64,000 bases of DNA from Sphaerodactylus townsendi. Taxonomy: Eukaryota. The stretch's first letter is position 1. Every line of letters begins with the position of its first letter. The DNA lies in contig NC_059430.1 of assembly GCF_021028975.2 (NCBI RefSeq), positions 61,256,001 through 61,320,000 of the forward strand, written 5' to 3'. The position numbers were made by a program, and so were the translations under genes. The notes under the pieces were generated by a model. The model saw only the letters and a program-made list of their open reading frames with translations. It did no database searches and had not been told where the DNA came from. Below are positions 24,197 to 36,600 of this stretch, in pieces.

Positions 24197-25824
24197 CTGT
24201 AACAAGGCAAGTCAACAGAAAACATTTTTTAAAATATCAAACATATTGTGTGTCTATAAAAGATAAGCACTATGCAGAAGACATTCAACAAACAGAAAGC
24301 CATGCATAAATGTTTATAGTTTAAATGTGTGTATTGCTATGCACATTCCACAATGTTTCCTGTAATACAGCATTAAACTTTATTTCCAAAGGCTTGGGAG
24401 ATGGAATAATGCTCTTATTAGCCTTGCATGATGCTCCAAGATCAGTCTTCTCAACACATTGAGAGAATCCTACAACAAAGTGTCAGCCATTCTGCTGTCT
24501 CCTCTCATGTTCTCCATAATCAATTGCAAAATGCAAAAATACAAAATGGGCACAGAGAATCTTGAATGCAATCTGGTAACGGTATGACCCTAAAGCATTT
24601 TCCATCAAAGCACTTCCTAAGGAGATCAAACTTTACCATCAATACCACCTGATGCTAAAGTTTAATCTCTTGAGAAAGTGCTTTGGGGTGAAACATGTTG
24701 GGGTCATCCTACTGTTAAATTGCATTTAAAATTATCAGTACATTTTTTTGCATTTTGCAATAGTTTTTATTTTTGCTAGTGTAGCATATTTTACAGTTCT
24801 CCATAATCATGCAATCTAAAATCAACCTATTATTCAGCACAGGAACACAAAATAGGAGCAAAAATGGTGTACCTCAACAATTGTTCCTTTTAATCCAAAG
24901 CATGCTCAGATATAGTTGTGTTATTAGGTCAATTAACGGCATACAAAGTGTATCGAGAGAACAACAATTTATAGTATTACCTATTCAAAGCTATACAGGC
25001 TTCTCAAATGTACTGTTACTGATATGGTTTGAGGCATGTGAATGAAACTGTATTTTCAGAGGACACAACTAGACAGCCAGCATTTGCTATAGCAGTAGTA
25101 GTAGAAGTACGGAGAGTGGAATGCCAAATTCAGATCACCACTTAGCTACATCTGTCACAAACAAGCTAACTCATCTCTAACTAACTCCTTAGGTTTCTGC
25201 CCTTTTAACTGAAGCTTTTACAGTTCTTGGAATGGCAGCAATATTCATGTAGCTTCCAAGTTTGCTCTTCCCTCCAAATGTGACACAATCCAAACAACCA
25301 AAGAACATTCTGAAGAAAAATTAATCACGTAGAATTATCAGCCACTTTTTTTGGATTCATAGTACCCAGATATAGCTCCAAGACACCCCCACACAAATGT
25401 CTCATTCCAAATTGCAGGGTGACTTTTTAGCCCATTGTAAATCTTTTTCCTAAGCACTGGATACCTTCCAAAAGCACTGGTTGACAATCCACAGTAAAAA
25501 CTAATGTTACATTTCCCTCATATGCACAAATTCCATATATAGTATGAAACTGTTTCAGCTTACAGCTTCGCTTATCAGACACAGCTATTTAATGCTCTTG
25601 ACTTGCAATTTTCCTACATAGACACTACTAATTAAGAATGACAATGCACAGATATTACATAAATAGGGTGAGGGAACTTTAATGGTCAATAATCCTCCAA
25701 GTAAACAACCAGTAAGGTATTACAAGTCTATCAAGATTTTAGATCTCAAATATATTACATATAAGCTGCTCCAAAAAGCCTTAGGAACAAGACGTTCTCA
25801 GAATACCAAATAGTCCAAGCTTAA

Positions 25825-26696
25825 TCTTACCCATTATATAATTCAGGAATATACAAAGTGTTGCAATGATGAACTCTCAACCAATGGGTGAACAGGACTG
25901 TCCTGCACGCACACTGGTCCATTGTCACAACAAAACAGAGCGAGAGGCCAGCCAGCCTCCTCACCTGCCAGCACCCTTTCCCTTCCTCAACTACCCTCCC
26001 TCTGACCCAAAGAAGAAGCCAGGCTTGGCAGAAAAGCAGTGGGAAGCCACACCTGCCAGCAGCAACGCTCCCAGTGGGAGTCACGCCAACAGTGTCCAGC
26101 TTCCCCTGCCCAGCTACCATCCACCCCAAAACCCAAGCCCCTGCAGGCCCCCACAGAAGCCTTTCCATTTCCCTGCCTGCATCTCCCATCCCCCTATGAC
26201 CAGGCCAGCCCTTCCACAAGCCCCATCACCCTGTGCACCCTCTGCCACCAAAAGTCCAAGCCACATCACTGGAACAGGAGCAGAAAACTGCTCTCCCCAC
26301 CAGAACTGCTCCCCATCCACCCTCCTTTTAAAACCCAATCCCCTGCACCCCCCGAAGCCCCCCCACCCCTGCCCCCACCCCGCAAACCAAGCCAGCCCTT
26401 CCAGAAGTCCTCCCCATTCTTCCATCCACCCTCAACCCACCAAAAAACCAAGCCATGCAGCTGGAATAGGGGTGGCAAGCCACAATCCTCTTCCCCATTC
26501 ACATACACACCCTCCCCCGTCCCAAACACTTAACCCAAGAGGCGGTACATGGGTGAGCTGTGGGGGGTAGGACAGGTGGTGGGAGGTAGGACAGGTGGTG
26601 GGGCAGGAGATGGCAGGCAGGGACATGGCTGGCACTTTTTCTCTCCCCATCCTAGAGCCCATTTTATGGCCTCCTAAAATAGGCTTTTACTTCTAG
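25825..26696 (+). mobile_element. Probable non-autonomous Helitron with C-rich interior
   Basis: A|TC 5' end; 3' hairpin agcccatttta...taaaataggct followed by CTAG (26693-26696); no TSD. The base after CTAG is G rather than the usual T. Confidence 0.5.
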
Positions 26697-28193
26697 GACT
26701 GAAAACAATAGAATATAAGAAACTTGAATTTTGCACCCGTAAGCACATATCATATTGGGTGCACTCAGATTTTAATCTTGTATCTGATGTCCTTGAAGAT
26801 AGAAGATAAATGCCCTTAACATGACTTCTAAACACCAACATTAATCATTAATAAAAATCAATGGACTCTGACTCTTGACCTGAATTCAAAGCCTGTCTAA
26901 ATATGTGACATCCTAGTAAGATTAGTTAGTTAGTTCCCTTTAAGCGTGAGCATCAATACAAAATATCAGTAAATTTTGGATCTGGGTTTGGGGTTTTTTT
27001 AACTATATTTTAACTATCAGGTTATTATTGAAAATATTTGGGTTAAAAAACCTGAACTTGAACATTTTCAATTTTCTCCATCCTGCCATTTGGGCTTGAG
27101 AAATGGCAGGGGGGAGAGAACTGCCCCCTCTGGTGTTTTTCCAGAGAGCTTGAAAAACAGAGTGATCCTGCATGTGGGGCCAAACTAGACATCTTTCTCC
27201 CCACCCTTGTTTTCCAAGCCAGGCATGCAAGATTGAACCCGCCTCTCCCTCCACCCTTGCTTTTCAGAGATGGGGGCATGGTCCTGCATGTGAAGGTGAG
27301 CTAGCTCAGCCTGGCATGCAGGATCATGCTGTCCCTCCCTCCATCCTTGCTTTCCAAACCCCACATGGCTTAAAAAGCAGGGGGGGGGGGGGTTTCACCC
27401 CCTCTCCCCCAAAAGGCAATACAGCTTTTTTTCAGGTTTTTCTGTGATTCAGGTTTACTAGATCACCAAGCCAAGTTCCCTTTCCTTCGTGGAATAAGGA
27501 AACAGACTTTGGAATGCTTCTCTAGAGAAAATCAGTGAACTAAAAATATATAACTACTTGTGTTTGTCCATCTGCAAGAGAAAATGCAAGGCTTGCATGC
27601 ATTGGTGATACTTAAGCAGCAAATCAAATTTATTGTGATCTCACTCCAAAACCACCAGTTCTGTCATGCCCTATATGGTTGTGCTGTAACGGCTGGCAAG
27701 TAACACAGTTCTAAACAGAGTGGATTGTTTAAAGTTTGAAGACTAAATGGCAACAAGCAGCTTTCAGAGTCCTGGCACTTGATTTATATCAAGGTACGGC
27801 AGCTAACATACAATTTTAAATCAAACAAAGACTTTCGTTCTGCTGGTACATACTTTTCATATTCTACATATAAAGTTTCAAGACACTAGGAGCAGCTATA
27901 AAATAAATTATGTGACTCATCTTTCTGAATAGTATCTATTAAGATGTTTCGTATCCAGGATGAAGCTCCTTACCATAAATGCTACTCTAGATCTCAACTC
28001 TGAAAATTTATCCAACACAATTGTATTCTAACCCATCCCCTAGGAAGTTCGGGGTGAAACCTCCAAATATTTCTATGTAATAAAGGATAGGCTAAGAGGG
28101 TTAATAACTTGTCCAAATCCCCTAAAATGCTCCCATCACTGTATCCACTGTGTAGAAGTCTGGGTGCTCTTATCAATATATCTAGTTTCCTCA

Positions 28194-28836
28194 TGTGCCC
28201 CCTTTCTGCAAATAGTTAAATCTACAGATGGGGGCTCACTTTTCCCCCAACAGGCTTTTCTGCAGACTCGGGGGACCCCCTGGGTCTGCAGAAAAATCCA
28301 AAAACTTTTCTTTAAATGAGGAATTTAATCCTCATTTAAGAGAGACAGGGCGAGAGAGATGGGGCTCCTGACAGGATCCTCAGTGTACCCATCGACAAGA
28401 GTGGGAGGAGGAAGAGAAAGGCAACTCCTGGTAGAGGCCTCAGTGCACTCATTAAGTCAAAGAAAGAGAGAGGGGCGGGAAAGGCTGGGAGAGGTCTCAG
28501 CATGCCTGCCCACTCAGAAAGAGAGGGAAAGGAGGCAGCTTCCAACAGAGGCCTTGGCACACCTACCTGTTGAGAGGGGCGAGGCAGGCTCTTGGCAGAG
28601 GCCTTAGTATGCCTGCCTGCCAAGAGAGGGAGGGAAAGAGGTAACGGTGTCTCTGCTGCGACAGCAGTGCTCAAGAGCCACCGGCAAGTCCATCTAGCTG
28701 CAGCAGGGGTGAAATGTGATTGGGGGGGGGGGGGGGAGGGGATTACAGTTTTGCAGGCCCCCATTTGTTCCATATAATACCCAAAGCACTCTTGAGAGGG
28801 CAACAAGTATAGTAGGAGGAGGAAATGGGGGCACAC
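28194..28836. mobile_element. Non-autonomous DNA transposon-like element with internal ~56 bp purine-rich repeats
   Basis: Inverted ends tgtgccccctttc / gaaatgggggcaca; internal palindrome tctgcagac..ggggaccccc..gtctgcaga; TSD not resolved. Confidence 0.45.
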
Positions 28837-29057
28837 CCAACACAGAAAAATAGCATGTGGAAAAAAGCCAAAATATATTCTCAACCTCTACTGCTAAGTA
28901 ATCAGTTCCAGGGTCTTCCCATAGATATTGATTTTGGACAAATGGAACAAGGGCTAATCCCTCAGACTACACAAGTTACAAAGGAAAATTTTCAGCCTCC
29001 CCTCATTTTTCAGGTTGAGAGGGCTAGAGCTTCTGCTCTGTAATACAGAAGGAGATG

Positions 29058-29772
29058 TGTAGTGGTAACAGGGGTCGAATCCCCACCACCTTCTTACCCA
29101 CAACACAAGCCTTTATTGGCAGGTTATTACCCAGGTTTCAGAACGCAATCTAGCCAGGTTTCTTGGACGACCTCATTGCTTCTGCGTCAGATTCTGTTTC
29201 TGGAGCTCGTTCTCCCTGTTAACACCGTCTCGCCAGAACCTGGTTGCAAGTGGAGTAGACAGCACTGGCACGGTTCTGAGCTGATCCAAGGGGAGGGACA
29301 AGAGTTGAAACCTCTTGACTTTTTTCCCGCCGCGGAGCATGATGCAGCATTCGGGGAACCAATCATCGCTCCCTGCGCTGATGAAATGCGCGCACAGGAT
29401 GTTTCCAGGTTTACCGTTTGGTCGTGTTTTTGCGCATGCGCAACCGCAAGGGACCGTCCACCGATCTACCGATCAAATGTTTAAACGATAAAACGTGAAA
29501 AATCACTGGTAACACATTGAGTGGCATAAGCATTCCTAAAGATAAACGTGTGACGTTTACATGGTTGTTTTTTGTTCACGCCAAAACTGGGAAATTTTCT
29601 GCGGGGTGGGAAGGTCTCACCCCATCAAGGCACGCCAGCCAATCAGGGGAGACCGGAGAAGCGAGATCCCCTGGTGGTGGGGATTGCTAAGAGTTCTGAA
29701 ACCGGATGTGTCTGCTGTGGGCTCACTGCGGTGGGGAGGGAGAAACTCCAATGAAGAGGACATGGTTTCACA
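29058..29772 (-). mobile_element. CpG-rich solo LTR-like element (~715 bp)
   Basis: On -: TGTGAAACC...CCACTACA ends, AATAAA ~55 nt from the 3' end (plus tttatt 29112-29117), CCAAT boxes, TGCGCATGCGCA at 29431-29442; no matching TSD. Confidence 0.55.
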
Positions 29773-30402
29773 TCAAACAGGTTTGGATCTGCGTGCAATT
29801 TTCAAGTGGGGATTCGACCAGGGGATTTTTTACAGAGAGGGACAGAGGCTTACATGATCTGTAAGACTGAAATGTTCCACCAGGCCTATGGTTGAGATAG
29901 CGATGGTTATACCCTTTTCCACTGAAAGATCTAAGTGCAGTCAGTCGTGTTTTGGCGGAAGTGAAAGTAGCATGCTTCCACAATAGAAAATAATGCTGGT
30001 GCTGGTGTATGCAGAGCAGAGAAAGAAAAAAGCAAAGCCGAAGAAACCTCTTTTTACCAGCTCCTCCTGTGTCACCTGCAAGCTGCCCCATCCTCTCCAT
30101 GAAGCCCCCTGAACAGGGCCAGAACTTGGCTCCCACCTTGCTGCTAGTGGAAAATCCCAGCAGGTGCCACTTCACTCTGGCACTTCCCAGCTGTTGTCCA
30201 GGAGAGATTCGGACTGCAAGGAGACTGGCCACTGCCTGCACGCCGAGACCTCTGGAGAGGAGACTACTGAGAGGTGATATGTCATACAGAAGATGGAGCA
30301 GAGTTGTTTTATTTTACCCTAGAAAGTTGGACAAAACCCAGCAGGTTGAAACTAAATTTAAAAAATTCAACTAAACATTACAAAGAACTTCTTCCTCCAG
30401 AC

Positions 30403-30552
30403 CACATTGGCCAGGGATCCTGAAGGTTTTTTGCCTTCCTCTGGGCATAGAGTCCAGCACAGACTAGGGGAATAGTTTTGCATTTCCTTTGTTGTGCAGG
30501 GCATTGGATTAGACGATGCATGAGGTCCCTTTCAGGTCTATTTTTCTATGAT
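30403..30552 (+). mobile_element. CR1 LINE 3' UTR fragment (second subfamily)
   Basis: ...gtgcaggggcattggattagacga...gaggtccctttc...ttctatga tail. Confidence 0.6.
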
Positions 30553-31333
30553 GTGCACTGGCTGCACAGGGGTTTTCCAGGCAAGAACCTCTTGGTCTTA
30601 AACCTCCTAGAGAAAAGAAGTTGCATAGTCAAACAAGTATACTGCAGGAATCATTGCTAAATGGGAAGCTCTCATAATCTATTTTTGCCTGTCACCTTTC
30701 TAAATGAAACCTCTCAGAGATCAAGTCTGCTCACAGGCAGTTGAAGAAAAATACAGGGTTGGCATCAAGTTTGCCTGATTTCCACTACATCAGTATACAC
30801 AGAGATAGCAGGGATATGTCTGGGATATGTCAGGCAAAAGTGAAGCCAAAGGAGCCAAAGTATGTCGTGTTACAGAAAGAAGGGAAGACTTCCCCAGGCA
30901 GATGGTGCAGCCCAATAGCCTGTGAAGTAGGGAAAACAGAGTGGTAATTAGGATGGCCACACCAAGAAAAGACTGCTACCAAAGTATTGTGTGCCAGGCA
31001 TGAGAGAAAGCACCCACAACATCCTATGCTAAAAACAGAAAAAGACTGGGGAGCTCAAAAACATGGGCCAACAGGAAAGCAGAGAGCAGCTTTCGGATCA
31101 ACAGTTTTTGATGGCTAGCACTCAGAACTTGTAGTTTAGGTTGTAAGGGGCAAACACAGATTGCTACTCCCCCAAAAAAGCTAAGGAGGCATACATTCAA
31201 AAGGCTGATCATGCACCTAAATAAAATGCCTATTAAAGGAGGAGAGGCTTCTAAAGAATAATCCAGAACTCAGAAACAAAGTCACTAAAGCGTGTTGGGA
31301 AGTCAAATATTCTGTCTGGATAAAACTACTTTA

Positions 31334-31504
31334 CAGGTGGAATTCACTGCCTTGGAGAGTGATGGAGTCTCCTTCTTTGGAGGTTTTTAAACAAAGGCTG
31401 GATCAGCATATGTCTGGAGTGCTTTGATTGTGTGTTCCTGCATTGCAGGGGGTTGGACTTGATGGCCCTTGTGGTCTCTTCCAACTCTATGATTCTATGA
31501 TTCT
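31334..31504 (+). mobile_element. CR1 LINE 3' end
   Basis: Encodes the WNSLP..V.ESPSLEVFKQRLD ORF2 end; tail ctctatgattctatgattcta. Confidence 0.88.
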
Positions 31505-31799
31505 AGATAGGTGCCCTCTGAAAACTGGACTAAGTTTACAAGGGCTCATTAATGAAGACTATCAGGTTTCACTCTGAACCTAAAACTCCCAGCTTGTAGA
31601 TGCAGCGACTCCTAGAGGCCAGTCTAGGATTCATATCCTTAATTCCTACAAAGAACTTCCTCTTCAGATCATGATCCTTCTTGGGAAGAAACCTCCCAAG
31701 CTCCACTCACCTTAGAGAGTTTAGCAGGCACTTTCCTAAGCAAGGTTCTGAATTCCTTTAAAACCCAAATCTTTCTGAAATTACCCAAATACATGTATG

Positions 31800-32272
31800 C
31801 TGTGGTATACTGCTAATGGGGTCATGGTGTATCCCATGTCTTTGAGCGCATGCTGTTTCATCATGTGGGGGGGGGGGTGCTGGATGCCCCCTGCACATAA
31901 CAAAGCAGTGTGCGCCCAAGCCGCACACCGCCAAGCTCTGACCCCCTCCTGGCCCTGGGGAGGGCAGAAGCCAGCTTGCAGGGAGGTGGGTGGGGCGCTG
32001 TGGTAGGCGCCCACAGTGCCCCACCCTCCCTGCAGGACAGAAGCCGGCATGCCGGGAGGGCGGAGCACCACAGGCCCGCCCAGAAGCTGGCCTGCCACCA
32101 CAGCACCCATCCAAGCCCTGCCCCCCCCCCCCGATCCCTGGCCTCCCCCAGTCTCCTTGCTGGCTCCCTGGCTCCAGTAAGTGGGGCTCAGGAGGGCACA
32201 GGAAGCTGGGCGGTGGGGGGCGCGGTGAGGCGGTCATGCCCCTGGGCACAATTTAGCCCCGGTACGGCACTG
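31800..32272. mobile_element. GC-rich non-autonomous hAT element (473 bp)
   Basis: TSD catgtatg / cttgtatg (7/8) at 31792-31799 and 32273-32280; TIR-like ctgtggtatactg / cggtacggcactg. Confidence 0.7.
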
Positions 32273-33591
32273 CTTGTATGCCCCTGAATCAACTAACATG
32301 AGCTTGATAAGATCAAGATGTAACTAGGCTTTGTTTTCTTTATGGGGTTGTAAGTAACCATACAAAGACTGCATTGTGCACAACCATATTTAAATGATAC
32401 CATAGCTCCTGGAAAAATGAAGCTCCTTTCTGTAACAGGAGAACAGATGCATCACCACTGCCCTTGCCATACTGTGCTATTTTGTCAAATCCATAAAACT
32501 GAGCATAAGCCATGTGGCCCCCCTGCCTCATCTGGTTACCTAGTATCCTGACTCCAATGCCCCTTTCCCCATTCCTGCTTTACCAAATTGGTCCAGGGGC
32601 AAGAGTATCCAATGAAGTCTCTTTTTATCTTTTGGGTGGCCTGATGATTTCTGTCAGCAACCAGTGAGGACTTCTTTCCACCTGCCCCTCTCCTATAGAT
32701 CTGCTGCCTGCAAGGCTGAGGGAGCACTGATAAAGAAACACCACACGAGATGCAGCGGGGGGGGGGGGGGGGTGTCTGCTAAATCTATGTCTACAGATGC
32801 TGGCAAAAAATCTATGCTGTGCTTAAAGTGCTGTTTCCGAGCTCTGACTGCAGCCTTTCCTTGAGAAGTGCACTCCATGTTTTTAAATCACACCCAGACT
32901 GGACTGCTGTAGTTTGTTCTATGCAAGGACTTTTCTGAAAACTGGATTAGATCCTGATGATCATTTTTGCCAAGAGGCTTTCTTTTAGTAGAACACAACT
33001 CCATTTTCTGCTACAGCCTACAGAGCTCAAAATTGCTGTTCCAAGAATAGCCCAGGGCACAAGCAAGAAGACTACTGCAAGGGTAGGGAAAATCTGTAAA
33101 AACTATCCCCCGTTTCATTAGCAAAAATTGAAACGTGGACCTAACCCACACTTCAGAAGTTTCAATTAGTTCAAAACTATGCGGTAAAGTTGCTGACTTG
33201 CACAAGCTACCTGGTATCACACGTCCCCTACTATTTGATTATGGACACAGCTCAAACTGCGGGTTCTCTTAAATGTCTGGAACCACTCACTCCCACTAGA
33301 AACTCTGAACACTTACGACCTTTCTCAAAGGCCTTGTTCTCTGTGCCCTCACCTCAGAACCACAGCAGGTGTTCACAGCCAGTCTTCTCAAAGGCCCTGT
33401 TATGGAATGCTCTTCCCCACGGCAATTCACCTGGTGCTTATCTTACATCATTTTGGGTGTTGTATCTCTGAATTAGCTTCACATTAGAATGTTCTGATAT
33501 ATCTATGCTAGTTTTTCAGCTTCTCCTCTCCAATTCTGAAATTATATCTTTTAAATTTACTAGTATTATGAAACTACTGCGCAAAGGGTAA

Positions 33592-34475
33592 CTGGGGTGT
33601 TGTGTGGTTTCCAGGCTGTATGGCCGTGTTCTAGTAGCATTCTCTCCTGATGTTTCCTGTGCATCTTCAGAGGATCTGATAAAGCAAGTGGAGTATATAT
33701 ACCTGTGGAATGTCCAGGGTGGGAGAAAGAACCATCCGCCTGTTTTAACCAGTATTAAAGGGTGCAATTAGCAAGCTTGATTTGCATGTGTTGAGTGGGA
33801 TCCACCCATTTTAGTATGTGAGTAACCATGAAAAAAGCATAATCAATTAGTGAGAGCATCTGCATAGTAGTAGCCTGGCCTTTTGATCCCTTTGACTGCT
33901 TACTGCCTGGAGACATCCTGTGTCTGGGTGGTGTTTATTAGTCACTGTCTTAATTCTAGTGTTTTTCAGTACTGGTCGGCAAATTTTGTTCATTTTCATG
34001 GTTTCGTCCTTTCTGTTGAAATTGTCCATGTGCTTGTGGATTTCAATGGCTTCTCTGTGTAGTCTGTTGTAGTGGTTGTCAGAGTGGTCCAGAATTTCTG
34101 TGTTTTCAAATAATATTCTGGGCCTAGCTTGGTTTATCACATGTTCTGCTATTGCTGATTTTTCCAGCTGAATTAGTCTGCAATACCTTTCATGTTCTTT
34201 GATTCCTGTCTAGGCACTGCGTTTGGTGGCCCTTATGTAGACTTGTCCACAGCTACATGGTACGCGGTAGACTACTGCAGAAGTTAGAGGATCCCTCTAA
34301 TCCTTTGCTGCACGTAGCATTTGTTGAATTTTCTTAGTGGGTCTGTAGACTGTTTGGAGGTTATGTTTCTTCATCAGTTTCCCTATATGGTCATTGAGTC
34401 CCTTGATGTATAGTAAGAACGCTTTCTCTCTGAGTGGCTGTTTATCTTTATTCCTGTGGCTTGTTCGTGGTCTAA
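33592..34475 (-). mobile_element. Penelope-like retroelement 3' fragment (GIY-YIG endonuclease remnant and terminal repeat)
   Basis: ORF 33847-34140(-) FENTEILDHSDNHYNRLHREAIEIHKHMDNFNRKDE is the Penelope GIY-YIG C-terminal signature; an upstream reverse frame gives VYRVPCSCGQVYI. Confidence 0.88.
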
Positions 34476-34741
34476 TTGTTTTTAAATTAATAAATAAAAG
34501 TCTTGCAGGATACTCTTACTTATCTCAATTACACAGGCAAATCCCATATATTAGTGAGATGAAAAGTGATCCTACTACTAAGTGGAGTAGGTTACATTTA
34601 TCATATTCTCTTGAATGAAAAGGCCACTGAAAACTAAGGCAAACAATTAGACACAAAAAACTGCTTTGGACATAAGCCACTATGTTGTAAGCAAGTTTCT
34701 CCCAACTCCACAAACAGTCATCAGAAAACATAAGAGAGTTC

Positions 34742-36600
34742 ATCAGTCAGTTAGTCATTTATTTGCTGTTGCAGCCATAGGCCATAACACCATTAAACAA
34801 ATATATTAACAATGCATATTACAATTAAAATAAACATGTTAGAAACATATAACAAAGCAAATAAAACCAGTGGTGGGATCCAAAAATTTTAATAACAGGT
34901 TCCGATGGTGGTGGGATTCAAACAGTGGCGCCGCCGCACACACGCACCTCCAGTCCCTATTGGGCTGGGAGGTTGCTTTAGTAACCCCTTCTCGGCATTC
35001 AGAAAAAATTAGTAACCACTTCTAGAGAAGTGGTGAGAACTGGTTGGATCCCACCTCTGAATAAAACCCATAAAGTAAATCAGTAATCAGGATTCTTACA
35101 GAATTAACAAGTACTGATTTCTTTCCAATATTAATTACTAAAAAGAAGGAAGTAGCCACTTTAAAAGTCACAGCAGGATAGCATCAGCCAATGAAAAGCT
35201 AATGCATTCCTCATCAGAACTAGAAAAAATTTGCCAGTAATTGGTTCAGCAATTTATGGCGAATGGGTACATAGAAAGAACAATATAAACATAGTGGACA
35301 ATATGAGACGCAGGAGCAAAGATGTTGTTCCACAGGTGTTTTTTGGAATTTGCCCTGTAGGAACTCAGATGGCATGGTTTAAAGATCTGCACTAGAGAAT
35401 GCTTTTCTTAATGAGGCAGTGATAAGTTCAGCTAAGTAGCAAAAGAACTTATTTTTCTGAAACTGAGAATAGAACAAAGAACATTTTGATTGATGAGCCA
35501 TACTAATATCGCAAAGGGCATCTTTTTCAAAAAGCCATTTATGGATTTCTTTTAAGTCCCAAAGCTTTACAACTTCTATAGAAGGAAGGGAATAGAAGTG
35601 CGAAATTGGAGACATTAATTTAGACATCTGGTTCCCTTCTTTGAAGTACTGGAAACTGTATTTTTCCAGAGAGTCTTTGTTGATGCTGTCAAGTTTCCTA
35701 TAGTGCTTTAATAATTTCAGTTGGGACTCTTGTGGTGATACAGGGGAGAAAAACATCTAGCCTCAGAAATGCAGCAAGAGTGCCCTGGGGAAGTCCCTGG
35801 ATTTTCCTTAAGGTGTTTTGAATTATTTCGAGTTGAGCAAGAAATTTCCCATGCCATCCCCAAATTTCAGCCCCACACAAAAGCTGCAGGCTGACTTTAT
35901 CCTGAAATGCTTTGATGAGTGCTTCACTAATGAGCATTAATGTCCATTAATGAGCATTTAATAGGGCAATGAGTTCTTCACCCTATGAATAGAAGAATTT
36001 TAAAAAGTCACCATTGAGTGGCGAGCTGTTGATAAGTTGGTGTTAAGGTGCACTTGCCAGGACAAGGATGCCTGAAAGACTATGCCAAGATATTTAAAAG
36101 AAGGGCATTGCTCAATTTTATGGGCTTTGATAGTACATCTGTGCTTGCGTCTTTTGTTTCCAAAACCTACAATTTTGTCTTATTATAATTAATTCTCAGC
36201 TTCTCTCTGTCATGATAATCAGCCAATCTAACAATCTGTGTACAAAGTGGAAATTTTCCGGCCTGACAACAAGAAATTCTAAAATTTCAAATAAAATCAT
36301 TAATATGAACTCTGAACAAAAAAGTGACCAGCAAACAACCTTGTTTGACACCCTTTCCTAACAGGATAGGGTCTATAAGGGAGCCATATGAGTTTAACTC
36401 TTACTGAGGTTGGAATGTAATTCCTTCAGCAGCCTAAAAAGCCTTCTATCAATATTACTTTTATCCAGTTTGCTCCATATAATCTTGCTTGCTCTATAGA
36501 ATCAAAAGCAGAGGAAAGATCAGCAAAAGCAACATGAAGGTGTCTTCCATGTTTTTTGGTCAGGCAATGATCATCTGTGGCCTTTTCGAAATCCAGCTTG
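34742..36600 (-). mobile_element. Old RTE/RTE-X-like LINE fragment (RT to 3' tail)
   Basis: Reverse-strand peptides LHVAFADLSSAFDSI (RT domain) and LLCGAEIWG..LEIIQN.LRKI..LP; tail AATAAA(TGAC/TAAC)n; flanked by a ~140 bp direct repeat. Confidence 0.75.
34868..35059. mobile_element. hAT (Tip100-like) MITE, 192 bp, nested in the LINE
   Basis: Exact TSD aataaaac at 34860-34867 and 35060-35067; TIRs cagtggtgggatcc / ggatcccacctctg. Confidence 0.92.

Noticed and set aside
25866-26570. 234-aa Pro-rich ORF and overlapping ORFs
   Set aside because: Low-complexity C-rich interior of a transposon-like element; open in several frames on both strands.
10666-35059. Inverted MITE pair (10666 and 34868) as a dsRNA-forming pair
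   Set aside because: The copies lie in different genes on opposite strands, 24 kb apart, so they are not in one transcript.
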